64,000 bases of DNA from Arcobacteraceae bacterium (GCA_963662945.1 OY759974.1:864001-928000), one strand, 5' to 3'; positions 1-13,289 are shown, counted from the first letter of the stretch. Notes: generated by a model not told the origin, from the letters alone. Translations and numbers: made by a program.

Positions 1-880
<880 letters not shown>

Positions 881-977
881 TTATTTTTATTACTAACATG
901 ACAATATTAGCTTAAATAGATTTATATTTACATTATGGTACAATCTTTTTAACTAACATGAGGAAACTTTCTACTAA

Positions 978-3008
978 ATGCCCCTATCAAATTTAAATAA
1001 AGAACAACACGCTTCTGCTACTTGTAACATCGGTCACAATTTAACAATAGCCAGTGCAGGAACGGGAAAAACATCTACAATAGTAGGAAGAATTGGTCAT
1101 CTACTTCATAATGGCACAAAGCCTTCTCAAATACTTCTCTTAACTTTCACAAATAAAGCAGCTGCAGAAATGATCAGTAGAGTTGCTAATTTTTTTGATG
1201 AAACAACTGCAAAAGCAATTATATCTGGAACATTTCATAGTGTAAGTTATAAACTGTTAAAACAATATGAAAAAAATATCACATTAAAACAACCAAATGA
1301 ACTCAAAACACTGTTTAAATCTATTTATGAAAAAAGAGTTTTTGTAGACCAAGATGATGTGAAACCTTATGATGGTGGCTATTTATATGATATGTATAGT
1401 TTATATCTCAATAGTAGTTATGGAGAAGATTTTGAAACATGGATAGGGAATAAAAATAGTGATCAAAAAAAATACACACTTATATATCAAGATGTTGTAG
1501 ATGAATTCAATCGTTTAAAAAAAGAATATGGCTATGTGAATTTCGACGATTTACTTTTAGAGATGTTGGAATTACAAAAAGAGATTGATTTTGATTTTAC
1601 TGAAATACTTGTAGATGAATACCAAGATACAAATCCCTTACAAGGAAAAATTCTTGATGGATTTAAACCAAAAAGTTTATTTTGTGTGGGAGATTATGAT
1701 CAAAGTATCTATGCTTTTAATGGAAGTGATATAAATATCATCTCTTCATTTGATGAAAGATATCCAAATGCAACTATTTATACTCTCAATAAAAACTATC
1801 GTTCAACAGCAAACATTTTAAATCTAGCAAACAGAGTTATAGAACATAATCCAAGAATATATGAAAAATCTTTACAAGTTGTAAGAGATGCTGCAAATCA
1901 ACATATTCCACAACTGTTAAAATTTGATGAACTCTATATCCAATATGAGTTTATCTCAAAACAAATCCTAAAAAGCGCAAATCCTAAAGATGAAATAGCA
2001 ATTATCTATAGAAATAACTCTAGTGCAGATGGTATAGAAGCAAATTTAAGAGATATGGGAATAGATTGTAAAAGAAAAGGTGGTCATAGTTTTTTTGATT
2101 CAAGAGAAATAAAAGTGATACTTGATCTCATGGTTTTAATGGTAAAACAAAATGATATGATGGCCTTTATTCACATAGTAGAATACGGTAAGAATATCGG
2201 GAAAGCTATAGCTAAAGATATTTTTGAAGCCTTATTAAGAATAGGACATGGAAATATTTTTCATGGACTTTTTAATCCTGACAATACTATTATTAAGCCT
2301 TATAAAAGTACAAAAACAACCAATGTACAGCTTGGTCTTTTTGATGATTTTATAGAGATGGGAAGTACTGCAAAATTTAAAGATTTGGGTTGGGAAAATA
2401 AATTTTTAAATAACTCCATACTGAAGCATCCAAAACTTACTTTGGAAGGTGGAATATTTTTATATGATTTTTATTCTTTATTAAAGGAATTAAAAAGAAT
2501 ACAAAATCCAAATAATATGATCAAACATATCCAAGAACATAAGTTTTTTAAAACAATACTTGATAGTATCACTACAGCTAGGGCAAAACAAAAAGATGGT
2601 ACAATAAATGAAACAATTAAACAAAGTGCTTCATTTAAAGCTAATAGAAGAGTAGAAACACTGAAACAGCTTTCAAGCAGACATAATAACTTAGGAAACT
2701 TCATAAATGCCATGATACTTGGTGGTGGAGAGATGAGTGAAGGTGGTGGAGTTAACTTACTTTCAGTCCATGCAAGTAAAGGCTTAGAATTTAAAGAAGT
2801 ATATGTAGTTGATTTGATGGATGGTAGATTTCCAAATAGAACTTTAATGAGTAAAGGTGGAAGTTTAGAAGAAGAACGACGACTTTTTTATGTTGCAGTT
2901 ACAAGAGCTAAAGATATTTTATATTTAAGTTATGCAACTTACGATAGAATAAAAAAATTAGATTTTATACACAGTCCTTTTTTAGTGGAAGCTGGACTTG
3001 TACAATAG
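978..3008 (+). CDS. UvrD/Rep-family ATP-dependent DNA helicase
   Basis: ASAGTGKT Walker A, LVDEYQD, VGDYDQSIY, NYRS, HASKGLEF, EERRLFYVAVTRA. Confidence 0.93.
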   Translation: MPLSNLNKEQHASATCNIGHNLTIASAGTGKTSTIVGRIGHLLHNGTKPSQILLLTFTNKAAAEMISRVANFFDETTAKAIISGTFHSVSYKLLKQYEKNITLKQPNELKTLFKSIYEKRVFVDQDDVKPYDGGYLYDMYSLYLNSSYGEDFETWIGNKNSDQKKYTLIYQDVVDEFNRLKKEYGYVNFDDLLLEMLELQKEIDFDFTEILVDEYQDTNPLQGKILDGFKPKSLFCVGDYDQSIYAFNGSDINIISSFDERYPNATIYTLNKNYRSTANILNLANRVIEHNPRIYEKSLQVVRDAANQHIPQLLKFDELYIQYEFISKQILKSANPKDEIAIIYRNNSSADGIEANLRDMGIDCKRKGGHSFFDSREIKVILDLMVLMVKQNDMMAFIHIVEYGKNIGKAIAKDIFEALLRIGHGNIFHGLFNPDNTIIKPYKSTKTTNVQLGLFDDFIEMGSTAKFKDLGWENKFLNNSILKHPKLTLEGGIFLYDFYSLLKELKRIQNPNNMIKHIQEHKFFKTILDSITTARAKQKDGTINETIKQSASFKANRRVETLKQLSSRHNNLGNFINAMILGGGEMSEGGGVNLLSVHASKGLEFKEVYVVDLMDGRFPNRTLMSKGGSLEEERRLFYVAVTRAKDILYLSYATYDRIKKLDFIHSPFLVEAGLVQ

Positions 3009-3029
3009 ATATTATGGAAAAGGTTTAGA

Positions 3030-3518
3030 ATGTTTGAGAATTTAAAATTAAAAATTATCTCATATATATACAAAATATCACAACAACCTGTAAAATTAGA
3101 CAAACTTTTAGATGCAAACTTGTTATTTCATGAAGGAATGAAACTAGATGGTACAAAATTAGGATTTAGACTTAAAGTTGGTCGTGCTTATATTGTGTTT
3201 TTAATACTAGCACATCTTATCATAATACCTCTTGCTTTTATTGCCCATGGATTATTTAAAGTGCTTGATTGCCATGCTTCAATCATACTAGCAATCTTTT
3301 TTACAGCACTTCTTTTTGGACTTTTTAATTTTTTTAAAGAGTGGACAAGGGATTGTGTTACAAAACAACGAATAAAACAGATGTGGTCTTTACATTTTCC
3401 ACATTTTCCATTTGATGAATTTAGTGCTGAAGTTGCTGATATATATGAACAAGCTTTAAAAGAGGAAGTAAAGCACGCTGATCTTGAAAGATATATTTTA
3501 GATAAGCTATCTTCTTAA
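3030..3518 (+). CDS. Hypothetical membrane protein (2 TM)
   Basis: 162-aa ORF with two hydrophobic segments, in an operon-like arrangement. Confidence 0.7.
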   Translation: MFENLKLKIISYIYKISQQPVKLDKLLDANLLFHEGMKLDGTKLGFRLKVGRAYIVFLILAHLIIIPLAFIAHGLFKVLDCHASIILAIFFTALLFGLFNFFKEWTRDCVTKQRIKQMWSLHFPHFPFDEFSAEVADIYEQALKEEVKHADLERYILDKLSS

Positions 3519-3529
3519 TGGATTATTAA

Positions 3530-4687
3530 ATGGGAAATACGACACAAATTATTAAAGATACGTTTATAGGATTAAAAAAGAAGAATCTTGAAGCTACTCC
3601 AAAAAATTATGCGAATGAATTTTATATTCAAGCAAAATCACATAACCTTGAACACCAATATGATTTATCTCTTTTTGATGATGAAAAGTTAAAGATATTT
3701 ATCCAAGAACTAGATGTTATTTTAAAACCATCTATTGACTTGACAATAAAAGAAGAAATTGGAAAATTTGTTAAAGAGATTCTAGAAAAACCTCTAGAGT
3801 TATTTGAAATAGATTCCCTTCACACAATCAAAAATATCACTGCAACAAGAATTACAAATGATAGAGAAGTTGTTAAAAACAAAACAAATGATATTATAAA
3901 ACTTACAAAGCTTCTTTCAAAACAGTTTCAAAAAATGATTTTAGCTAGTGATAATTCTTCTCATACCTTTTTAGATATCAAAGATGAACTAGAAGAACTC
4001 AATATTTCAAAATCTTCAACAAGAGAGTTAGGTGGACTTCAAACAAAACTTATAGATACAATTCACAACCTTGAAGAATCAATTAAAGAACACAGATACT
4101 CACTTTTACAAGAAAAAGAAAATTTAGAGGATATTGAAGAGAAGTTTCTCCAACTACAAGAAGAACTTAAAAAAGCACAAAATGAAAAAAATATTGATTA
4201 CTTAACAAATATTTACAATAGAAGAGCATTTGACATAGAACTAGAAAAAATAGAAAAAAAATACAATATTTTTAATAGTAACTATGCTATTGCACTTTAC
4301 GACATAGATCATTTTAAAGCAATAAATGATCAATATGGTCATGAGTGCGGAGATAATGTTCTAAAAACATTTGCAACTCTTTTACATAAATTAAGTCGTG
4401 AAATAGATATTTTAGCACGGTATGGTGGGGAAGAATTTATTATTATATTAAACTATGATAATACAAAAGAGATAATGCAATATGTTCAAAGAATAAAACA
4501 ACTTATAGAAGATAGAGAATTTAAATATAAAGATCATATTATAGATGTAAAATTTAGTGGTGGTATTGCACTTCGAGGGAATAATCAAACGCCATTAGAT
4601 ACTATCAATAAAGCTGACCATCTACTTTATGAAGCAAAAAAACAAGGACGAGATAAAGTAATCCTTGAAGATGGCACTATTATATAA
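3530..4687 (+). CDS. Diguanylate cyclase (coiled coil plus GGDEF domain)
   Basis: DYLT, DIDHFKAIND-YGH, RxxD I-site (REID), RYGGEEF. Confidence 0.92.
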   Translation: MGNTTQIIKDTFIGLKKKNLEATPKNYANEFYIQAKSHNLEHQYDLSLFDDEKLKIFIQELDVILKPSIDLTIKEEIGKFVKEILEKPLELFEIDSLHTIKNITATRITNDREVVKNKTNDIIKLTKLLSKQFQKMILASDNSSHTFLDIKDELEELNISKSSTRELGGLQTKLIDTIHNLEESIKEHRYSLLQEKENLEDIEEKFLQLQEELKKAQNEKNIDYLTNIYNRRAFDIELEKIEKKYNIFNSNYAIALYDIDHFKAINDQYGHECGDNVLKTFATLLHKLSREIDILARYGGEEFIIILNYDNTKEIMQYVQRIKQLIEDREFKYKDHIIDVKFSGGIALRGNNQTPLDTINKADHLLYEAKKQGRDKVILEDGTII

Positions 4688-4706
4688 TTTTAAAGGGAAA
4701 AAATAA

Positions 4707-4964
4707 ATGAATTCGTTTGAAGATATTAAAATAGCTATAGAGTACAGCTATAACTCAATGACATGGGTAACTTGGTTGGTATTATTTATCTTAGTTTTTA
4801 GAACTATTGTATTTTTCAATAGTGCATATAAAGAAAATAATACTTATGAAGAGATGAAACAAAACCAAGATAAAAAAGCTATTACACAATTTTATTCTGG
4901 AATCATTTTATCTTTCTTATGTATCGTAGTATTCTTCTTACCTTACTTAATAAATTATAATTAA
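4707..4964 (+). CDS. Small hypothetical membrane protein
   Basis: 85-aa ORF with RBS and two hydrophobic helices. Confidence 0.65.
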   Translation: MNSFEDIKIAIEYSYNSMTWVTWLVLFILVFRTIVFFNSAYKENNTYEEMKQNQDKKAITQFYSGIILSFLCIVVFFLPYLINYN

Positions 4965-4978
4965 ACAAAGAAGTTGTT

Positions 4979-5359
4979 ATGACAGATATTATATTTCCAT
5001 TTTTAGAACATACCGGCGCAAAACTTAAAAGCTATGAAAAAGGAAAAGCTGAAGTTGAACTACATACACAACCTCATCATTTACAACATTTAGGATTTAT
5101 TCACGGTGGAGTTATCTCAACACTGCTTGATAATACAGGATGGTATGCTGCTGTCTCAAATTTAGATAAAGGCTATACAGCAGTAACTATGGAGATAAAA
5201 ATCAACTATCTCAAACCAGCTTCTGGCAAACATCTCATAGCAACAGGGGAAGTAAAAAGACAAGGAAGAACCACTTCATTTGTTACTATTGAACTTAAAG
5301 ATGATGGAAAACTTGTGGCATATGCAACTGGTACATATGCAATACTAAAAGAGGACTAA
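4979..5359 (+). CDS. PaaI-family (hotdog-fold) thioesterase
   Basis: IHGGVISTLLD, TMEIKINYLKPA. Confidence 0.9.
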   Translation: MTDIIFPFLEHTGAKLKSYEKGKAEVELHTQPHHLQHLGFIHGGVISTLLDNTGWYAAVSNLDKGYTAVTMEIKINYLKPASGKHLIATGEVKRQGRTTSFVTIELKDDGKLVAYATGTYAILKED

Positions 5360-5366
5360 ACCAATT

Positions 5367-5855
5367 ATGGATATAACAAAAATAGCAAACTTTATACTTT
5401 ATATGATAGAAAATAAAGTATCTCATATCAATGATAAAAAACTCTCTATCTTACTTTTTTTGATAGATTATAAATCATTACAAACATATGATATAAAAAT
5501 ATTTGGTGAAGAGTATATCAAAACACCTAGAAATCCTGAACCAAAAATACTTACAGAACTTTTTAATATTATAGCGAACGAAGAAGACTTAGAAGAAGAT
5601 GATGAAAGACTCTATCTCATCCAAGAATTACTTGACTTTGTAGATATAGAGATAGTTAAAAAACCAAACTTTATAGAACTGCAGTTTATAAAAGTTGAGG
5701 AAGAATTTGATAAATCAATCTTCACAAGAAAAGAACTCAAACTAATAGACAGTACTATTGAAAAATACAGAGATACTACAGTTAGAAATATTGCAAATGC
5801 ATGTTTTAAAATAGATAAAGTTCGAGAAACTACAAATGGTGAAGTTATTATTTAA
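5367..5855 (+). CDS. DUF4065/Panacea (SocA-like) antitoxin-domain protein, divergent
   Basis: KIANFILY...KKLSILLFLID...IFGEEY...NPEP...FTRKELKLIDSTIEKY resembles the DUF4065 pattern. Confidence 0.6.
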   Translation: MDITKIANFILYMIENKVSHINDKKLSILLFLIDYKSLQTYDIKIFGEEYIKTPRNPEPKILTELFNIIANEEDLEEDDERLYLIQELLDFVDIEIVKKPNFIELQFIKVEEEFDKSIFTRKELKLIDSTIEKYRDTTVRNIANACFKIDKVRETTNGEVII

Positions 5856-5975
5856 AATTTTTCTCCTCACGTATTTTTCTAACTAAAAAAGCTACATTTT
5901 ATACAGTTTTTTTTCACCCTATTTTCAATTTTATATTAAAATATTCCACAATATATTATTTATAAAGGACATACA

Positions 5976-6698
5976 GTGAAATATATCTATATAATCAAAA
6001 CTGGTGAAACTTTTAAAACAACTAAAAATAAATTTGGTGATTTTGACAAATGGATTATCAATGTAATTAAAAATAAAAATGTCAAAATAATTGATATTTT
6101 AAATAACGAAAAATTGCCAAATATTTACAGTGCTAAAGGATTTATAATTACAGGCTCTCACGCTATGGTCACTCAAGAACTAACCTGGAGTTTAGAACTA
6201 GAATCCTATATAAAAAAAATAGCTTCTAAAAACATTCCAGTATTAGGTATTTGTTATGGTCATCAACTTATAGCAAAAGCACTAGGTGGAATAAGTGGAT
6301 ACAATAAAAATGGAAAAGAGATAGGTACCACAAGAATAAAAAAGCTACATACAGCTAAAAATGATCCTATATTAAAAAATATTCCCTTACAATTTAATGC
6401 ACACGAAACACACTATCAAAGTGTACTAAAATTACCTCATAAAGCAATAATTTTAGCAAATAATAGACACGAATCACATCAGGCAGTTAAATTTAAAAAA
6501 TATGTATGGGGTGTACAATTTCATCCAGAATTCGATACTAGGATTATGAAAGAATATATTATTAATCAAGAAAAAGATTTAATCAAATTAAACTTTAATA
6601 TAAACCATCTTTTAAAAAATGTAAAAAAAGCTACTAAGAGTAGTGCCGTTTTAAATAATTTTATAGAATTTATAGTTAAAAAGCCAAAAAAATTTTAG
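5976..6698 (+). CDS. Type 1 glutamine amidotransferase (standalone)
   Basis: IITGS, LGICYGHQ catalytic Cys, GVQFHPE. Confidence 0.9.
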   Translation: MKYIYIIKTGETFKTTKNKFGDFDKWIINVIKNKNVKIIDILNNEKLPNIYSAKGFIITGSHAMVTQELTWSLELESYIKKIASKNIPVLGICYGHQLIAKALGGISGYNKNGKEIGTTRIKKLHTAKNDPILKNIPLQFNAHETHYQSVLKLPHKAIILANNRHESHQAVKFKKYVWGVQFHPEFDTRIMKEYIINQEKDLIKLNFNINHLLKNVKKATKSSAVLNNFIEFIVKKPKKF

Positions 6699-6703
6699 AA
6701 ATG

Positions 6704-6733
6704 AAAAAAGAGGCTATTTATAAACCTCTTTTT
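6704..6733. terminator. Bidirectional intrinsic terminator between convergent GATase gene and guaB
   Basis: AAAAAAGAGG...CCTCTTTTT hairpin. Confidence 0.6.
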
Positions 6734-6737
6734 ATTT

Positions 6738-8186
<1,449 letters not shown>

Positions 8187-8197
8187 TTATCCCCTTT

Positions 8198-9562
8198 TTA
8201 TTTTATATAATTAATATTTTGCTCTAAACTTAAAGCACCGTCAAATAAAGTTTGTTCATCATAAGCACGCCCTATAAACTGTAAACCAATAGGCATACCA
8301 TCTTTGTCTTTTGAGACAGGTAAACTTATCGCTGGAAGTCCTGCTAAGTTAACTGAGATAGTATAAATATCACTTAAATACATCTCTAAAGAACTTGCAA
8401 ATGCACCAAACTTAGGTGCTGTTGTAGGTGCAACTGGATTTAAAATCAAGTCTGCATCTTCAAAAATTTTGTCAAATTCATCTTTGATAAGATGTCTTAC
8501 TTTTTGTGCTTTGATATAGTATGCATCATAGTAACCTGAACTTAATACAAAAGAACCAAGCATAATTCTTTTTTGTACTTCATCTCCAAAACCTTGAGTT
8601 TTCGTATTAAGATATGTTTCTTTAAGGTTTGCTGCATCTACTCTATTTCCATATCGTATACCATCATATCTACTTAAGTTCGCACTAGCTTCTGCTGTTG
8701 CTATGATGTAATAAGATGAAAGAATATTTTTAGTGTCCATCATTCTTTTATGCACTATTGTATGTCCTGCATCTTCTAGTGTTTTGATAGATTTATTCAT
8801 GGCTTCTTTTATCTCATCACTTGCTTCTTCAACAAAGTTATCAATCACAGCGATAGTAAGCTTCTTTGAACTATCAAGATTTGGAGTAATTGGTGTATAG
8901 TCTACATTTGCACTTGTTGAATCTTTTGGATCATATCCAGAGATAATATCATATAAAATAGCCGCATCTTCAACATTTTGTGTAATAGGTCCACATTGAT
9001 CAAGACTTGAACTATAAGCAGCTATCCCATATCTAGAAACTCTTCCATAAGTTGGTTTCATACCAACACAACCACAATAAGCTGCAGGTTGACGAATACT
9101 TCCACCTGTATCAGTTCCAAGTGCTGCAATTGCAAGTCCAGCAGCAACAGCAGCAGCCGAGCCACCACTACTTCCACCTGGTACTTTTGTATTATCAACA
9201 GGATTTAAAGTTTTACCATAACAACTAGATTCTGTACTACTTCCCATAGCAAATTCATCCATGTTTGTTCGACCAAAAGCACATAAACCATTTTTTTCTA
9301 AATTATTTATTACTGTTGCATTGTAAGGAGCTATATAGTTTTTTAAGATATTACTACTACAAGTGAGTTCCCAACCTTTTACATTGATATTATCTTTTAT
9401 TGCAATTGGGATACCACTTCCTGAGCTTAGTATTTCAGCTGAAGTAAACTGTTCAACATAAGCACCTAGTTGTTTGTTTTCCTCTATTGATTTTTTCAAA
9501 TCTTCTTTGAGCGATATAATCTGTTGGTCATCTAAACTTAAAGCTTCTTTTAAAGTGATCAA
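8198..9562 (-). CDS. gatA: Asp/Glu-tRNA amidotransferase subunit A
   Basis: Amidase signature [38 protein letters not shown] start. Confidence 0.96.
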   Translation of the reverse strand: MITLKEALSLDDQQIISLKEDLKKSIEENKQLGAYVEQFTSAEILSSGSGIPIAIKDNINVKGWELTCSSNILKNYIAPYNATVINNLEKNGLCAFGRTNMDEFAMGSSTESSCYGKTLNPVDNTKVPGGSSGGSAAAVAAGLAIAALGTDTGGSIRQPAAYCGCVGMKPTYGRVSRYGIAAYSSSLDQCGPITQNVEDAAILYDIISGYDPKDSTSANVDYTPITPNLDSSKKLTIAVIDNFVEEASDEIKEAMNKSIKTLEDAGHTIVHKRMMDTKNILSSYYIIATAEASANLSRYDGIRYGNRVDAANLKETYLNTKTQGFGDEVQKRIMLGSFVLSSGYYDAYYIKAQKVRHLIKDEFDKIFEDADLILNPVAPTTAPKFGAFASSLEMYLSDIYTISVNLAGLPAISLPVSKDKDGMPIGLQFIGRAYDEQTLFDGALSLEQNINYIK

Positions 9563-9720
9563 ACTTACTCCTATTGATTAATAATTGTATCTATAATATT
9601 TGCGATTGTATCTAAAATATACTATGAATCTTATTAAATATGAGATAGAAGAGAAGGATAAATAATGCATTTAAAAGAAAAAATTGATTATAGTTTCGAA
9701 ATTTTATTTTTAGGTGCTTT

Positions 9721-10155
9721 ATGACAAATAAACAAATTTCACAACTTTTTTTAGCTTCAATTATAGCGATACTCATAACTTACTCAATTTTTTTAGGTAA
9801 AGTAAAAACCATCTTCCTATTTTTAGATGCAGCTGTGTATATCTTTGTAGCTATTGCCCTCTTACTTCCTCTATGGCGTTACAAGAAGAAATTAAAAACT
9901 GTTGAGATTATAGATTTTAACAGAAACAGCAATCTTACTTTTCAATCTACAGCTTTGTTTTTTTTATTTTTTCAAGTGATTGATTACATCTATGAAGATG
10001 GTTTTATTGGGATGATAAGCCAATGGATTTTTTACTGGATGATGGGGATAATTGCCTTTATCATTGTCAACATTATGAACTATTATAAAAATGTACAATA
10101 CTACAAACAAGTATTAACTCATGATGCTAAGTATTATCCTTATGAGAATCAATAA
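9721..10155 (+). CDS. Hypothetical membrane protein
   Basis: 144-aa ORF with about 4 TM segments. Confidence 0.7.
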   Translation: MTNKQISQLFLASIIAILITYSIFLGKVKTIFLFLDAAVYIFVAIALLLPLWRYKKKLKTVEIIDFNRNSNLTFQSTALFFLFFQVIDYIYEDGFIGMISQWIFYWMMGIIAFIIVNIMNYYKNVQYYKQVLTHDAKYYPYENQ

Positions 10156-10179
10156 CTCCTAAAGTAACTTATTGGTAAA

Positions 10180-10611
10180 ATGATAACTATGATTAAACTT
10201 TCACTTTTATTATTTACCACTTTACTATTTTCAAAATCTACTTTTGAAGATTCTTTTATTACACAATATGAATATGGGAAAATGCTTTATAAAAATCCTA
10301 GAGGCATAAGCTGTAACAAATGCCATGGGGATAATGCAAAAGGAAAAATAATATCAACATTTACACATAAAGTAAAGAAAAAAGAGTATATCTGTACAAT
10401 CCGTACAAAAGATATCACAAATGTTACTTATGAAACTTTTTTACAAACACTTGACCCAAAACTAGAAAAACCAAAAAAGAAATTTGACAGTAGTCAAGTG
10501 TGTGAGAAACTCACCTATGGCAACAGTATGCCAACATACTTTTTAACTCCAGAAGAGTTAAAATCAATTTTCTTTTACTTAAAAAACAAGGATAAATATG
10601 AAACTAAATAG
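10180..10611 (+). CDS. Periplasmic c-type cytochrome
   Basis: Signal peptide, CNKCH heme motif, distal MP. Confidence 0.85.
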   Translation: MITMIKLSLLLFTTLLFSKSTFEDSFITQYEYGKMLYKNPRGISCNKCHGDNAKGKIISTFTHKVKKKEYICTIRTKDITNVTYETFLQTLDPKLEKPKKKFDSSQVCEKLTYGNSMPTYFLTPEELKSIFFYLKNKDKYETK

Positions 10612-11416
10612 ATCCTATTTGATGGTAGCTGGAGATAAAGAAAAGCATCTTGATAAATTAGATGTGCTTAAAACAGATTTTGCTACAGTTAATCTTGAAG
10701 ATGCCGTCCATGATAAAGAGTTTGCTAGAAATCTCGTTGTTAAAAAACTCAAAAATAGAGACAATGGTGATATTGTAGTACGAGTAAATAGTCTAGATAG
10801 TTGTGGTATACAAGATATAGAAATGATAAATATGATAAAACCGTATGCTATACGAATACCAAAAGTTATGTCACTTGAAGATGTAAAATTGGCTTTAAAA
10901 CTAATAGATGAAGATATACAACTACATCTTACGATTGAGACAAAAGAAGCATTTTCACTTTTATCTCAACTTAAAATTGACACTAGAGTTACTACAGTTT
11001 TTTTAGGTATTTTAGACTTATTAGAATCACTTGAATTACCTCAAAATATACTACAACTAGACAATCCAACTATAGATTATATTTTAAGTAAATTTCTTAT
11101 TGATAGTAAAACAGCTGGTCTTCACCCTGTATCTTTTATATATCAAGAGTATAAAGATTTAGGTACCTTTAGAAAATGGTGTATAAAAGAAAAAGCTATG
11201 GGATTTACTTCTAAAGGGTGTACAAGCCCTGGACAAGTTGATGTGGTTAATGAAATTTTTTCAATCAACAATGATGCTATCATCCGAGCCCAATATATTA
11301 AAGAGGTTTTTGAAAAACAACAAGCGTTAGGATGTACAGGTTTTAGTGATGAGAAATATGGTTTTATAGATGAACCTATCTATAAAGATGCTTTACTCGT
11401 TTTAAAAAATAATTAG
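10598..11416 (+). CDS. HpcH/HpaI aldolase / CitE-like citrate lyase beta family protein
   Basis: NLEDAV, VVRVN, IPKV, TIET, MGFTSKGCTSPGQ, FIDEP. Confidence 0.88.
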   Translation: MKLNRSYLMVAGDKEKHLDKLDVLKTDFATVNLEDAVHDKEFARNLVVKKLKNRDNGDIVVRVNSLDSCGIQDIEMINMIKPYAIRIPKVMSLEDVKLALKLIDEDIQLHLTIETKEAFSLLSQLKIDTRVTTVFLGILDLLESLELPQNILQLDNPTIDYILSKFLIDSKTAGLHPVSFIYQEYKDLGTFRKWCIKEKAMGFTSKGCTSPGQVDVVNEIFSINNDAIIRAQYIKEVFEKQQALGCTGFSDEKYGFIDEPIYKDALLVLKNN

Positions 11417-11435
11417 ACTACTGTACACTATATTC

Positions 11436-11603
11436 ATATAATCCTATGTTAAGTTTTAATTAAGATTAACAAAAAAATTACGCGCGATTTGAAGATGAAT
11501 AGCCAATACGTTAAGGCACTTACAGTTCCAAAATGAATAAAAGAAAATTAACTGCTAAAGCTATTTTCTTTAATCTTAATTAAAACTTAACATATGATTA
11601 TAT
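11436..11603. repeat. ~170-bp MITE-like element, copy 1, with 34-bp terminal inverted repeats (1 mismatch)
   Basis: ATATAATCCTATGTTAAGTTTTAATTAAGATTAA (11436-11469) pairs with TTAATCTTAATTAAAACTTAACATATGATTATAT (11570-11603). Interior homologous to copy 2 in reverse orientation. Confidence 0.85.
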
Positions 11604-12427
11604 TACAAACTATTTTTATACTGGACAATTTTTTGTCCCGCAAAAAATAACAATAATCCTACCCCACTTACCATAATAATAGTTGCTCCACTTGTTAAGT
11701 CATAACTATAAGATAAAATAAGTCCAAGAAGTGTAAAAAACGTAGATAAAATTCCAGCATAAACCATCATAGATGCTAGTGTATTTGAAAGCTTTTCAGC
11801 TATATAAATAGGAATAGTCAAAAGTGCAATTACAAGAATAAGTCCCACTATTTTTATAGCAACGACTACTGTTAATGCAGATAAAACTAAAATAAGTGTA
11901 TAAAAAAATGGAACATTAATCCCTCGCAAGTTTGCATACTCGCTATCATAAGAAACTGCTAAAATATCTCTATACCAGACACTCATCATAACACTAATAA
12001 CAACAAGTAACCCACCCATATAATATAAATCTTCATCACTTACTGCTAATATTGAACCAAATAAATAACTCATCAAATCTACATTGTATCCAGGAGTTAA
12101 ATCTATTAAAATTATCCCTATTGCCATCCCTATTGCCCAAATAAGACCTATGAAAGTATCTATTCGTGTCCTATTTTTTAGTGTAATAAATGCCATCAAA
12201 AGTGCGGCACCGCAAGCAAATATAGAAGCTCCTAAAAATATAGGAAAACCAAAATAAACAGCTAACCCAATCCCACCATAAGAGGTATGCGCAATTCCTC
12301 CTGCTAAAAAAACCATCCGATTTACAACTATTAGTGAACCTATGATACCAGAGGCAAAACTTACTAAAATACCAGCGATGATAGCATTTTGTATAAACTC
12401 ATATTGCAACATATCTAACATGAACAA
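11603..12427 (-). CDS. znuB: Zn/Mn ABC transporter permease (ZnuB-like)
   Basis: ABC-3 motifs GGIAHTSYGG, DLMSYLFGSIL, KIVGLILVIALL. Confidence 0.9.
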   Translation of the reverse strand: MFMLDMLQYEFIQNAIIAGILVSFASGIIGSLIVVNRMVFLAGGIAHTSYGGIGLAVYFGFPIFLGASIFACGAALLMAFITLKNRTRIDTFIGLIWAIGMAIGIILIDLTPGYNVDLMSYLFGSILAVSDEDLYYMGGLLVVISVMMSVWYRDILAVSYDSEYANLRGINVPFFYTLILVLSALTVVVAIKIVGLILVIALLTIPIYIAEKLSNTLASMMVYAGILSTFFTLLGLILSYSYDLTSGATIIMVSGVGLLLFFAGQKIVQYKNSL

Positions 12428-13179
12428 CTCTTTTTTGTAGTCTGAACAGTTCCAGCACTTAACATTTGTAACAACTCCACCTCACAAAAATGCTCATCAC
12501 TACTATCAAAATTTCTCTTTGTGTCACTTATATCATGGTATGATATATTTTTATTGATATGGGCTACTTTTGATGCATATCCAAGAATTACCGAAATATC
12601 ATGACTTACAACTATAATAGTGATAGTTTTATTTAAAATCTTCAATAATTCATATATCTGCTTTTGTCCAGCAACATCTATACTTGCTGTTGGTTCATCA
12701 AGAATAAGTATCTCAGGATGGGCACATAAAGCACGTGCTATCATAACCCTTTGTCTCTGACCACCAGAAAGTGAGCCTATTTTACTTTGAGCAAACTTTT
12801 CCATCCCAACTTGTGCCAATGCACCCATAGCACAAGCTATTTCTTCTTTTTTATACCCTAAAAGCGGTCGTTTGTGTCCTACATGCCCCATCATAACTAC
12901 TTCGATAACTTTAATAGGAAAATCAATGTTGATATTTGTATTTTGTGGTACATACCCCACTTTTGAAAGATTTTTAGAGGGTTCTTGATCGAGTATTTTT
13001 ATGGTTCCATTTTTATAGTTTTCTATCCCTAAAATAAGTTTCAGTAAGGTAGATTTTCCCCCACCATTTGGTCCTATGATTGCTAAGAAATCATTTTTTT
13101 GGACACTAAGATTTATATCTTCTAAAATGATTTGTTTATTGTAGGCAAAAGTGAGGTTTTTTATCTCTATTATAGGCAT
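12415..13179 (-). CDS. znuC: Zn/Mn ABC transporter ATPase (ZnuC-like)
   Basis: GPNGGGKST, GYVPQ, LSGGQRQR, LDEPT, His/Cys-rich C-terminus. Confidence 0.9.
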   Translation of the reverse strand: MPIIEIKNLTFAYNKQIILEDINLSVQKNDFLAIIGPNGGGKSTLLKLILGIENYKNGTIKILDQEPSKNLSKVGYVPQNTNINIDFPIKVIEVVMMGHVGHKRPLLGYKKEEIACAMGALAQVGMEKFAQSKIGSLSGGQRQRVMIARALCAHPEILILDEPTASIDVAGQKQIYELLKILNKTITIIVVSHDISVILGYASKVAHINKNISYHDISDTKRNFDSSDEHFCEVELLQMLSAGTVQTTKKSCSC

Positions 13180-13203
13180 ATGATAACTTTTCTTTTTTAT
13201 TAG

Positions 13204-13218
13204 TGCAACTTAGTTGCA
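13204..13218. promoter_or_regulatory. Perfect 7-1-7 palindrome, candidate Zur/metalloregulator operator of znuCB
   Basis: TGCAACT-T-AGTTGCA lies about 25 bp upstream of the znuC start. Confidence 0.6.
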
Positions 13219-13289
13219 TATTTATTTTGCAATTGTATATCTTATGGGCTTAATTATAACTTATCCTTTTATTTACTTACGATACAATA

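Noticed and set aside
5976-6698. GATase next to guaB as guaA
   Set aside because: It has only the glutaminase domain with no ATP-pyrophosphatase domain, and it is convergent with guaB.
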